From the NCBI GenBank assembly GCA_944392445.1, contig CALXWT010000004.1, positions 1 through 54,336 on the forward strand: a stretch of DNA of 54,336 bases, in the 5' to 3' direction. Under the pieces are notes generated by a model. The model did no database searches, was not told the origin of the DNA, and saw nothing but the letters and a program-made list of their open reading frames with translations. This stretch comes from an uncultured Clostridia bacterium. GTDB taxonomy: Bacteria; Bacillota; Clostridia; TANB77; CAG-508. Made by a program: the position numbers and the translations under genes. Numbering within the stretch: the stretch's first letter is position 1; each line of letters begins with the position of its first letter. Of the stretch, positions 31,627-40,483 are shown piece by piece.

Positions 31627-32226
31627 TTACTTTCTCTTTATAATTTCATATTTTTCAATTATCTTTTCTATTTTTTTCTTAATATTTTCAAAATTTTTAT
31701 TATTTTCTATTATATCATCACAATTTTGAATATAAAATTCGTTGCTTTGTTGTGCCTCAAGCCTCTTCTCTGCCTGTTCATAATCAATGTCGTCTCTTGC
31801 AACAATTCTTTCTATTTGAAGTTCTCTTTTAGAAATTACTCCTATAACCTTATCACATATTTTGTTTAATTCGCTTTCAAATAAAAGTGGGGCATCTATA
31901 ACTGCTACTGTATCATCTTCTATTTTGTTTATTTCTTTTTCTATTTCCTTTTTTATATATTTAAATGTACAGTTATTTAATTCTTCTCTTTTTTTAGGAT
32001 TAGAATAAATAATTTCTGCAAGTTTTCTTCTTTTAAGTTCTCCCTCTTCATCTACTATATTTTTACCAAATATTTTTATTATATCTATAATATAGCTAGT
32101 CCCTTTTTTAGACAACTTTCGAGCAATTTTATCTGCGTTAATTATTTTAACTTTATATTCATTTTCTAAGAACTCGCAAATGATGCTTTTTCCAGCACCA
32201 GAACTACCAGTAATTCCTATAATCAT
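31627..32226 (-). CDS. coaE: Dephospho-CoA kinase
   Basis: IGITGSSGAGKS, DAPLLFE. Confidence 0.92.
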   Translation of the reverse strand: MIIGITGSSGAGKSIICEFLENEYKVKIINADKIARKLSKKGTSYIIDIIKIFGKNIVDEEGELKRRKLAEIIYSNPKKREELNNCTFKYIKKEIEKEINKIEDDTVAVIDAPLLFESELNKICDKVIGVISKRELQIERIVARDDIDYEQAEKRLEAQQSNEFYIQNCDDIIENNKNFENIKKKIEKIIEKYEIIKRK

Positions 32227-32237
32227 ATTTTTCCTCC

Positions 32238-32261
32238 TTTGTCGGGTTTTGGAGATAGGCT
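32238..32261. repeat. REP-like family C, degenerate copy
   Basis: TTTGTCGGGTTTTGGAGATAGGCT, abutting the coaE RBS. Confidence 0.55.
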
Positions 32262-32292
32262 TTAACAGTAAAATCGCCTAAAAGCCACTCTA

Positions 32293-33525
32293 CTATAATA
32301 TTTCTATTTTGTTTGTGTAATCCAAATTAGAATATGGGTCTTTGTAATATCCTAATGTATATATATTAGTTGCTAAAATATCTGTCTCTAGCATTTCTTT
32401 TAAATTTCTGCTTGCTACTGTATCAATATATCTTTTTACAGAGGTTACTACATTTAGTTTTGGATTTAACCTCATCATTTCTGATATTAATTCTTTTCCT
32501 TTATTATTAAACCCAAGTACCCTTACATAAGGTGTTACTTTTTTTGAGGTTTCCATTTGTTTTTTTGTTATACCAAGTAGGCTATATAAAAGAATTCTTT
32601 GTATTCTTGTTTGTGTAAATCTTTTTGTTTTCACTATGTTTATTAACTCTTCCAACGTATTGCAAGAGTTAGCTGCATTTTTTATTGAGTTTTCTAGCCC
32701 TTCTGAAACATCTGGAAGATTTGCAATTTCTTGCAAAGACATTCTTCTTAACATGTATATAATTTCTTTTTCAAATTTAGAAATATCTATTACATAATGT
32801 CCTTCTTTTAGTTCTTCACCTAGTAATAAGTATGAACTTCTAGGCATAACCTTTCTAATATCCCCCAGTTGTTTTGTCATAAGCATTTTTCTAATTGCTG
32901 TTGCACTTGCAAATTCGTCTACAATGTATTTATCATTATATAAAACTTTTTCTCTTTTTATACCTATTGGAGTTATTTTGCTTTTAGTCTTCTTCATTGC
33001 TTTTAAATATTCGATTGCCAAAATATTATTAGAGCCAGCCATTACATTTGCATATCTCTTTATATCATTTAAGTACATCATTAAAGCATTTTCTCTAGCT
33101 TTTGGAAATGAATTACCTTTTTTTAATTCGTGAGAAAGTATTGTAATGTATTCTTTTGGCTCTTTATATAAAACGTTTGCAATATTGTTTAATGTAGAAA
33201 TATCTTTTGCTTCCATTCCAAATGATACTGTATCTACAACTCCTAAAGAATTTAATATTTTTATAGCTCCCTCTGCAAAATTTTCTGCACTTGAAATACT
33301 ATAAACAGTAGGAAGTTCAATTACTAAATCGACACCATTCGACAATGCCATCCTTGCTTTAATCCATTTATTTACTATTGAGGTATTTCCTCTTTGTACA
33401 AAGTTTCCAGATATTACAGCTACTACATATTGAGCACCCGTTTCTTGTTTTGACTTAGATATATGGTATAAATGTCCGTTATGAAATGGATTGTATTCTG
33501 CAATTATTCCAAGAACTCTGCTCAT
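32293..33525 (-). CDS. tmcAL: tRNA(Met) cytidine acetate ligase (HIGH nucleotidyltransferase)
   Basis: IIAEYNPFHNGH, SGNFVQRG, NNILAIEY, SATAIR. Confidence 0.88.
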   Translation of the reverse strand: MSRVLGIIAEYNPFHNGHLYHISKSKQETGAQYVVAVISGNFVQRGNTSIVNKWIKARMALSNGVDLVIELPTVYSISSAENFAEGAIKILNSLGVVDTVSFGMEAKDISTLNNIANVLYKEPKEYITILSHELKKGNSFPKARENALMMYLNDIKRYANVMAGSNNILAIEYLKAMKKTKSKITPIGIKREKVLYNDKYIVDEFASATAIRKMLMTKQLGDIRKVMPRSSYLLLGEELKEGHYVIDISKFEKEIIYMLRRMSLQEIANLPDVSEGLENSIKNAANSCNTLEELINIVKTKRFTQTRIQRILLYSLLGITKKQMETSKKVTPYVRVLGFNNKGKELISEMMRLNPKLNVVTSVKRYIDTVASRNLKEMLETDILATNIYTLGYYKDPYSNLDYTNKIEIL

Positions 33526-33685
33526 AAAGCTTTCCCCTTTCTTTATATAGTAGATTATTGTATGATAGATATTTGTCAGTTGATTTAAAGCAAATTTATT
33601 ATCTATTGTGTTATATAAAATTTATTGATATAATATCATAAATTAATAAAATATACAATGATTTTATGGAGGTTTATTTTTTATC

Positions 33686-34120
33686 ATGGAGGAAGTTACA
33701 ATATATACAGATGGAGCTTGCTCAGGTAACCCAGGGCCTGGTGGCTGGGGTGCAATACTTATGTATAAAGGAAATAAAAAAGAAATATCAGGAGCAAAAA
33801 AAGACACCACAAATAATGTGATGGAATTAACTGCTGTAATAGAAGCTTTAAAGCTTTTAAAATATCCTTGTAAGGTTAAATTGTATAGCGATAGTGCTTA
33901 TGTGGTTAATGCCTTTTTGCAACACTGGGTAGTAAATTGGCAGAAGAATAACTGGAAAACAGCAGATAAAAGCGATGTTAAAAATAAAGAACTATGGCAA
34001 GAGTTGGTAGACCTTACAAATACCCATAATGTTACTTTTATAAAGGTAAAGGGGCATAGTGATAACGAATACAATAACAGATGCGACGAACTCGCAAGAA
34101 AAGCAATTTTTGCACTTTAA
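33686..34120 (+). CDS. rnhA: Ribonuclease HI
   Basis: [38 protein letters not shown]. Confidence 0.97.
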   Translation: MEEVTIYTDGACSGNPGPGGWGAILMYKGNKKEISGAKKDTTNNVMELTAVIEALKLLKYPCKVKLYSDSAYVVNAFLQHWVVNWQKNNWKTADKSDVKNKELWQELVDLTNTHNVTFIKVKGHSDNEYNNRCDELARKAIFAL

Positions 34121-34260
34121 TTTGTCGGGTTTGGGGACAGGCTCTTTTCCGACATTCTTGTCGCATTTCAGCCTGTCCCTAATGCGACACTTTTGTCGGG
34201 TTTGGGGACAGGCTCTCTTCCGACATTTTGTCTCATTTAGACCTGTCCCCTAGGATGACA
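34121..34260. repeat. REP-like family C cluster, four units in alternating orientation
   Basis: TGTCGGGTTTGGGGACAGGCTCTTTTCCGACA twice, alternating with two inverted TGTC..CCTGTCCC..GACA units. Confidence 0.85.
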
Positions 34261-35527
34261 TTCTTTCCATTGCTTCGATGGTTTTAGTTCTGTCCCCAAA
34301 TGCTGTTAGCCTGAAATACCCTTCTCCATTTGTTCCAAATCCTACTCCCGGTGTACCAACAATATTATATTTTTTTAAAAGTATGTCAAAATATTCCCAA
34401 GAGCCTATTCCTTCTGGAGTTTTTAGCCATATATATGGAGAGTTTATTCCGCCATAGCAGGTAATTCCTACTTTTTTTAGCCCTTGCAATATTATTTTTG
34501 CATTTTCTTTATAATACTCTATATTTTCTTTTATATCCCTTTTTCCTTCTTCTGTATAAATTGCTTCTGCTGCTCTTTGAATTATATATGATACTCCATT
34601 AAATTTGGTTGTTGTTCTTCTATTCCATAATTTATTTACACTAATTACAGAGTTCGGATGTTTTTCTAATGCTTCAAAATTTGATAAACAAGCTACATTT
34701 CCATATACTTCTTTCTCGATTATTAGTTCTTTTGGAACCACCGTATATGCACATCTAAGTCCTGTAAATCCTGCTGTTTTTGAATAGCTTTTAAATTCTA
34801 TTGCTACTTCCTTTGCTCCTTCTATTTCGTATATGCTATGTGGAATATCTTCCTCTTCTATAAATGCTTCATAAGCAGAGTCAAATAAAATTATGCTTTT
34901 ATTTTCTTTAGCAAAGTCTACCCAGCTTTTTAAAACGTCTTTCTTCATTGCTACCCCTGTTGGATTATTTGGAGAACATATATATATTAAATCTGGTACT
35001 TCTTCTAATTCGTCTGGCACAGGTGTAAAGTTGTTTTTCTCTGTTGCATTTATGTAAATTATATTACTATATCGATTAGTGTTTTCATCATACTTTCCAG
35101 TTCTTCCATACATAACATTTGTATCTAAATAAACCGGATACACAGGGTCTGTTATTCCTACTTTAATGTCTTTAGCAAATATTTCCACAATATTGCCGGT
35201 GTCACATTTTGCTCCATCTGATATAAATATTTCGTCTGATTTTATATCTAACCCCTTATATTCATTTTCTATGATTTTCTCCTTTAAAAAATCATACCCC
35301 TGTTCTGGACCATAACCTCTAAAAGTATGTGCATTTTCCATTTCTTTTGCCGATTTTTTTATTGCTTCTATTATTGCTCTAGGAATTGGCCTTGTAACAT
35401 CGCCTATTCCTAATTTTATTATATCTGCTTGTGGATTTTGTTGAACATATTGAGACACTCTTTTATTTATGTCTGAAAATAAATAGCTGTCCTTTAATTG
35501 TAAAAAATTCTCATTAGCTTTAATCAT
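34250..35527 (-). CDS. dapL: LL-diaminopimelate aminotransferase
   Basis: [48 protein letters not shown]. Confidence 0.96.
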   Translation of the reverse strand: MIKANENFLQLKDSYLFSDINKRVSQYVQQNPQADIIKLGIGDVTRPIPRAIIEAIKKSAKEMENAHTFRGYGPEQGYDFLKEKIIENEYKGLDIKSDEIFISDGAKCDTGNIVEIFAKDIKVGITDPVYPVYLDTNVMYGRTGKYDENTNRYSNIIYINATEKNNFTPVPDELEEVPDLIYICSPNNPTGVAMKKDVLKSWVDFAKENKSIILFDSAYEAFIEEEDIPHSIYEIEGAKEVAIEFKSYSKTAGFTGLRCAYTVVPKELIIEKEVYGNVACLSNFEALEKHPNSVISVNKLWNRRTTTKFNGVSYIIQRAAEAIYTEEGKRDIKENIEYYKENAKIILQGLKKVGITCYGGINSPYIWLKTPEGIGSWEYFDILLKKYNIVGTPGVGFGTNGEGYFRLTAFGDRTKTIEAMERMSS

Positions 35528-35682
35528 AAATCCTCCTCACTTTTTGTTAATCTGTATTTTCTTATTAATGTATATGCATTAAAAAAAAAGATATGAAAAC
35601 ATATCTTTTAATTCTATGTTGCCTTGTTTTTACAAATTTTAATCCAAAAATAAATTCGACCCTTTCATAAATAACATTTCAT

Positions 35683-36522
35683 TTATTCTATTCTTCCCTC
35701 AAACACTTTTGTAGCAGGTCCTTGCATATATATGTGGTTATCTTTGCCCCATTCTATTTGTAGTTTTCCACCCGGAAGTGCAACTGTTACATTTTCGTCT
35801 GTATATCCATTTAGTCCACTCGCAACTGTTGCTGCACACGCACCTGTTCCACATGCACAAGTTTCTCCTACTCCTCTTTCCCACACTCTTATTTTTATAT
35901 TGTTTTTATTAATTATTTGCACAAATTCCACATTTGTTCTATTTGGAAAAATTGGGTTGTTTTCTATTGCTGGTCCATATTTTTCTATATCTACTTTATT
36001 TACGTCTTCCACAAAGGTAATAGCATGTGGATTTCCCATAGATACTACTGTAAACCTCATTTTCTCTCCTAATATGTCCAAATCCAAGTCTTTACTAAAC
36101 GCTTCGTACACATTATATGGTATGTTTTTATCTTGGAAAATAGGCTCGCCCATATCCACTATAACCTCATTGCACTCTCCATTTTCTTCTAGCAATTTGA
36201 CCTTTTTTATTCCAGCTAAAGTCTCTATTGATAGTTTATCTTTATTTGACAGATTATTGTCATGTATAAATTTTGCTACACATCTTATACCATTGCCACA
36301 CATTTCGGCCTCACTACCGTCACTGTTAAAAATTCTCATTTTAAAATCACTATCTAGACTGCTTGGCTTATCTATCAATATTAAACCATCTGCTCCTATG
36401 CCAGTATGTCTATCACTAAGTTTTTTTGTGACCTCTGATATGTTTTTTATTTTTACTCCATCTGTACAATTAATGTATATATAGTCATTACCAAGTCCTG
36501 TCATCTTTGTAAAATTTAGCAT
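35683..36522 (-). CDS. dapF: Diaminopimelate epimerase
   Basis: FTKMTGLGND, EMCGNGIRC, ERGVGETCACGTG; start at ATG 36522 (RBS GAGGTG). Confidence 0.96.
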   Translation of the reverse strand: MLNFTKMTGLGNDYIYINCTDGVKIKNISEVTKKLSDRHTGIGADGLILIDKPSSLDSDFKMRIFNSDGSEAEMCGNGIRCVAKFIHDNNLSNKDKLSIETLAGIKKVKLLEENGECNEVIVDMGEPIFQDKNIPYNVYEAFSKDLDLDILGEKMRFTVVSMGNPHAITFVEDVNKVDIEKYGPAIENNPIFPNRTNVEFVQIINKNNIKIRVWERGVGETCACGTGACAATVASGLNGYTDENVTVALPGGKLQIEWGKDNHIYMQGPATKVFEGRIE

Positions 36523-36626
36523 ACAATCACCTCTTAGAAATAATATATGCTGAATTTGCAAAAATATACAAAATCTTTATTAGAGAACGAGCAATAATAA
36601 TAATCAGATAAAGCTATTGCTTTAAA

Positions 36627-37436
36627 TCAATCTTTATCTTTTTCTCTTGCCACTACTGCAAATCTCCCGTCTTCTGTATGGTATGAACAAGTAGATAATG
36701 TAATTAGCCTATCACCATATTTAGCTGTTTTTCCTGTATCATATACAGATGCATCTTTTGTATCTTTCACAAATTCATTATATTCTTCTTCGTTTTCTGC
36801 ATTTACAAAATAATAATATCTAAATACATTTTTCTCCGATTTATAATATACCCTTGAATAAAATGCTGATATAATTTCAAATTCTAAGTCCTCGGTTGCA
36901 GTTGTAAATCTAATGATTGAATGTTCTTCATAGTAACTTTCTTTGCTGTAGTTTAGCAAATCGTGGAACATTGAACCGTTTTGCAAATTGTGTCCATAAA
37001 TTAGCAAGTTAGTACTGGGCTTTTTCCAGTCATATTCTTTGTCCAAAAAAATAGAGCCATAAGTATTTTTTTCTTTATTATAGTTATGTGTCATATAATA
37101 ACTATTGTCATCTCCTTGTAGTACAGGATAATTTATATTTGTTCCTTCTATTTCTACCCAGCCTACTATGTCTGAATTTTTTTGTTGCAGTTTTTCTACC
37201 TGTAGCATTCTTTCGTTTTTTTCTTCTGTGATTTGGCTTTCTTCCACTTCTATTGTGTTTAATATTTTGCTTTCTTCTTTTATTTCTGATTTGTCCTTAA
37301 ATTTTCTTACTATATATATTATTGCTAGTACAATTATAATACTAAAAAGAATTATAATAAAACAATGTTTTAAGTTTAACATTTTAGAGCGTTCTTCCAT
37401 ATAATTTTGTATCCTTTCAAGATACATTTTGTCCAC
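36627..37436 (-). CDS. srtB: Class B sortase
   Basis: N-terminal TM, INYPVLQG, IYGHN, TLSTC..GR; start position uncertain. Confidence 0.88.
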   Translation of the reverse strand: MDKMYLERIQNYMEERSKMLNLKHCFIIILFSIIIVLAIIYIVRKFKDKSEIKEESKILNTIEVEESQITEEKNERMLQVEKLQQKNSDIVGWVEIEGTNINYPVLQGDDNSYYMTHNYNKEKNTYGSIFLDKEYDWKKPSTNLLIYGHNLQNGSMFHDLLNYSKESYYEEHSIIRFTTATEDLEFEIISAFYSRVYYKSEKNVFRYYYFVNAENEEEYNEFVKDTKDASVYDTGKTAKYGDRLITLSTCSYHTEDGRFAVVAREKDKD

Positions 37437-37489
37437 AAGTTTAATAATTATGTATTAAAATATATTTTTAATTTTTTTTCAAAAATGTA

Positions 37490-37518
37490 TTGACAAAGGT
37501 AGAAAAATTTAGTATACT
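37490..37518 (+). promoter_or_regulatory. sigma-A promoter of the tRNA operon
   Basis: TTGACA-17 bp-TATACT. Confidence 0.85.
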
Positions 37519-37536
37519 AAACTGGTCGAAGGAAAT

Positions 37537-37612
37537 GGGCGCATAGCTCAGCTGGGAGAGCATCTGCCTTACAAGCAGGAGGTCATAGGTTCGAGCCCTA
37601 TTGCGCCCACCA
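37537..37612 (+). tRNA. tRNA-Val(TAC)
   Basis: Full cloverleaf, anticodon loop CTTACAA, encoded CCA. Confidence 0.97.
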
Positions 37613-37636
37613 TTTTTTTACTTTAATTTCCTATAC

Positions 37637-37713
37637 GGCCCGGTAGTTCAGTTGGTTAGAACGCTAGCCTGTCACGCTAGAGGTCGACGGTTCGAGCCCG
37701 TTCCGGGTCGCCA
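37637..37713 (+). tRNA. tRNA-Asp(GTC)
   Basis: Full cloverleaf, anticodon loop CTGTCAC, encoded CCA. Confidence 0.97.
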
Positions 37714-37733
37714 TTTTTTTGAATATATCATTT

Positions 37734-37809
37734 GGCTTGATAGCTCAGTTGGTAGAGCAAGGGACTGAAAATCCCTGTGTCAGTGGTTCGATTCCACTTC
37801 AAGCCACCA
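37734..37809 (+). tRNA. tRNA-Phe(GAA), prophage integration target
   Basis: Full cloverleaf, anticodon loop CTGAAAA, CCA; 3' half duplicated at 45275. Confidence 0.97.
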
Positions 37810-37823
37810 AAAAAAGTACCTAA
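37764..37823 (+). repeat. attL core (60 bp)
   Basis: ACTGAAAATCCCTGTGTCAGTGGTTCGATTCCACTTCAAGCCACCAAAAAAAGTACCTAA, identical to 45275-45334. Confidence 0.95.
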
Positions 37824-37841
37824 AACAGGTACTATTTTTTT
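37810..37841. terminator. Terminator after tRNA-Phe, shared with the convergent integrase
   Basis: AAAAAAGTACCT-AAAAC-AGGTACTATTTTTTT. Confidence 0.75.
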
Positions 37842-38716
37842 GTTAAAAAATAAGGTATATTTGTTAATGGAGAATATTTAGAACTCATAGCAATTAAAAC
37901 CTGATTAGCTATATGTACATATATTTCAGTCATATATAAAGTTTCGTGACCTAAAATAGTTTGCAACGATAAAGGGTCTCCACCATTTATGAGAAACCAG
38001 GTAGCAAAGCTATGACGCAAATAATGTGGGTATAATGTGGAAAAATGTAAAGCATCTCTCAAGTTTAATAGTAATCTTCTAATAGCAGATGTAGTGAGTT
38101 GTATACCAGCTATATTGACAGCAAGAAAATCATAAACCTGTGGAAACTTTAAATAATTTTTAAAATAATACAAAGTAACATCAGAAAGAGGAACAATGCG
38201 TTCCTTATTACCCTTGCCATGTACTTTAATAGATTTTAAATCAATATTAATATCACCTTTTCTTAAGTTAATTACTTCAGATACTCGTAATCCACAATCA
38301 AGCATTAAACTTATCAAAAACAAATTTCTAGCACCATAAAATTCATTCTCATTATAGTATGAATATAATTCTTCTATTTGCTCCTGTGATAATATAACAA
38401 TAGTTTTCTTACCACATTTAAAATTTTCAAGTTCAGAAACAATATCCTTACTAATTAATTTTTTATTATATAAAAAATTTAAGAAAACTCGAACAGCAAT
38501 CAAAGAAGTTTTTACAGTAGCATCAGAAATATTTTTTGAAAGTAAATACAAAGTATATTGTTCATAATCAGAAGCTTTAATTTTTCTAACATTTTTATCT
38601 TTTACAAAAGTTATAAAATAACCAATTCTTTTTTTATAATATTCTATTGTTTCTAAAGAATTATGTTTTAATTTTTGATAATACAAGAATTTATCTAAAG
38701 CTTTATTACATCTCAT
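37832..38716 (-). CDS. Tyrosine recombinase / phage integrase
   Basis: Catalytic set present: GLRVSE, GKGNKERIVP, HYLRH, LGH..TEIY. Confidence 0.93.
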   Translation of the reverse strand: MRCNKALDKFLYYQKLKHNSLETIEYYKKRIGYFITFVKDKNVRKIKASDYEQYTLYLLSKNISDATVKTSLIAVRVFLNFLYNKKLISKDIVSELENFKCGKKTIVILSQEQIEELYSYYNENEFYGARNLFLISLMLDCGLRVSEVINLRKGDINIDLKSIKVHGKGNKERIVPLSDVTLYYFKNYLKFPQVYDFLAVNIAGIQLTTSAIRRLLLNLRDALHFSTLYPHYLRHSFATWFLINGGDPLSLQTILGHETLYMTEIYVHIANQVLIAMSSKYSPLTNIPYFLTKK

Positions 38717-39754
38717 TTATACAACCTCTTTCCAAGAGAATGGGTCAAAATCAATTAAACATTCATCTAAATCAATATCAATTTTTTGTGAAAAATCTAT
38801 ATTAGCTGATTTTAAATCAGCAATATTTCTATAATATACACTTTTTTTAGTTCTTTTTCTTACAATATCAAGACCATCTATAATTATACTTAAATAAAAA
38901 TTATATAATCTACTAGCTTTTAAATTACCATATAAATCATTTAATCTTTTTTCTACTTTTTCTTTAGAACGTACCTTTTTTAAATCATTATCAAATATTT
39001 TTAACAACTTCATAAATTCATCACACCAAATCTTTTTTAAATCTTTATAACTAACATTTCTAACTCTAACATATTTATTATCATAAATACTTACAAGCTT
39101 TTTCTTTTTAATTTCGACTTCAAATCTAATAAAACCCTCTATAGTCTTTAAATAATTTATAATATCAAAATTACTATTCTTAAAATTTTTTAAATCGTGC
39201 TTTTTGAACTCCTGATATTTATTATAAATTTTAAGAGTAGTAGAAGAGCCACTATAATAAATACCAGTACCTCCAAAATCTCCATAGTTACGAAGAGTTC
39301 TACGAGGATAATCGCAACTATGTAAATTATTCAAGTAATTTATAACATTTTTTTGAGTAGATAAATCAAAACAAATTGCAATATCTACACGTTGTAAAAA
39401 CCAGTGTTTAATAGAAGGAAGAACAATATTATATGAATTTTCTACAAAACTAATAAGTTTAGAACAAACTTCATATAAATTATAAAAACCGTTATGAGAA
39501 TTATAACCTTGTATAATTTTGTGTAAACTTCCCTCTATCTCAATAAAGTATTGATTAACAAATCCATACTTAGCACCATTATCTACTCGAACAGATAATG
39601 AAGAGTCATAAGAACCTTGTAGGTGGTCATTAACTATATTATAATAAATCTCACCAGTAGAATTATGATAACTAGTTTTCACAATACTATTACTTTTTAC
39701 TTTTTCATATAATACTTTATCAATCATTGTATATATTTTAACTGTATCTATCAT
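38717..39754 (-). CDS. Rolling-circle replication initiator (filamentous phage gene II/X, Rep_trans-like)
   Basis: Probable start MIDTVK at 39754; IEGSLHK, RVDIA, LKIYNKYQE, RFEVE motifs; stop abuts the integrase ATG. Confidence 0.8.
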   Translation of the reverse strand: MIDTVKIYTMIDKVLYEKVKSNSIVKTSYHNSTGEIYYNIVNDHLQGSYDSSLSVRVDNGAKYGFVNQYFIEIEGSLHKIIQGYNSHNGFYNLYEVCSKLISFVENSYNIVLPSIKHWFLQRVDIAICFDLSTQKNVINYLNNLHSCDYPRRTLRNYGDFGGTGIYYSGSSTTLKIYNKYQEFKKHDLKNFKNSNFDIINYLKTIEGFIRFEVEIKKKKLVSIYDNKYVRVRNVSYKDLKKIWCDEFMKLLKIFDNDLKKVRSKEKVEKRLNDLYGNLKASRLYNFYLSIIIDGLDIVRKRTKKSVYYRNIADLKSANIDFSQKIDIDLDECLIDFDPFSWKEVV

Positions 39755-39790
39755 ATATAACACTCTTTTCATTGCCTTTTTGTATAATTT

Positions 39791-39835
39791 GTCCCAAAAT
39801 CGGGACTCTCGGAGGGTGTTACTAAGAACCCTCCG
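39791..39835 (-). other. Candidate double-strand origin (nick-site hairpin)
   Basis: Minus strand CGGAGGGT-TCTTAGTAAC-ACCCTCCG plus a GTCCC/GGGAC hairpin, just upstream of rep. Confidence 0.6.
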
Positions 39836-39956
39836 TATCTCCATTGAGATAACTATCAATTAAAAAATCCTGATATAATTCCTTTCGATTATTATAATTT
39901 GAATGATAAATAATATAATCTTCAAGATATTTTACATATTTTAATAAAACTTCCAT
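39822..39956 (-). CDS. Small prophage protein (44 aa)
   Basis: MEVLLKYVKYLEDY...; RBS GAAAGGGG before ATG 39956. Confidence 0.55.
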   Translation of the reverse strand: MEVLLKYVKYLEDYIIYHSNYNNRKELYQDFLIDSYLNGDTEGS

Positions 39957-39979
39957 AAATGACCCCTTTCTTTTTGGTA

Positions 39980-40145
39980 GTGGAGTTGATAGTCCTACTC
40001 GGACTATGTCCTCGCCTTTACCTAACCCCATCAACTCCACAAAGAGAGAAGCTTTGGAGTAACACTCAAGCGCCGTTTAGGCTGTTAACTCCCTACGGGC
40101 TACCCACGCCCTCAAAATTGTGCTAACGCTACAATTTTTGAGGGC
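39980..40145 (-). other. Structured phage intergenic region, candidate single-strand origin/packaging signal
   Basis: GC-rich nested hairpins GTGGAGTTGAT/ATCAACTCCAC and GCCCTCAAAATTGT/ACAATTTTTGAGGGC. Confidence 0.55.
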
Positions 40146-40177
40146 TATGTGCTCACGCACGTTCACTAAACAAAATT

Positions 40178-40483
40178 TCATTTTATATTAATAAATGGCA
40201 ATTTCTTTAAAAACCAAAATACAAAACCATAAATATATTTAAAATTATAAAGTATAATTATTAAAGGTACTAAAAATTTTAATGTACTAGGTCTAACAAA
40301 AAATCCCAATAAGCTTAAATTTTCAAAAATTAAATCTAAAAAACTATAAATACTACTACTTAAAGTAGAAGGAAACTGAGGAAGAGAAATCCAACCAAAC
40401 AAAAAATCAATTAAATAATACAATCCGTTTAAAAGAGAATTCAATAAACTCCCCCAATCAAAATTAATAAGACCATCAAGCAT
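40178..40483 (-). CDS. pVI-like minor coat protein
   Basis: 101 aa, hydrophobic, basic C-terminus, coupled to the pIII-like gene. Confidence 0.65.
   Translation of the reverse strand: MLDGLINFDWGSLLNSLLNGLYYLIDFLFGWISLPQFPSTLSSSIYSFLDLIFENLSLLGFFVRPSTLKFLVPLIIILYNFKYIYGFVFWFLKKLPFINIK

Noticed and set aside
34121-34260. CRISPR array
   Set aside because: Units alternate in orientation, have no unique spacers, and no cas genes are in the window.
39755-39859. N-terminal 35 aa of Rep as given in the ORF track
   Set aside because: It overlaps the origin hairpins; MIDTVK at 39754 has an RBS-like sequence and fits the family's usual start.
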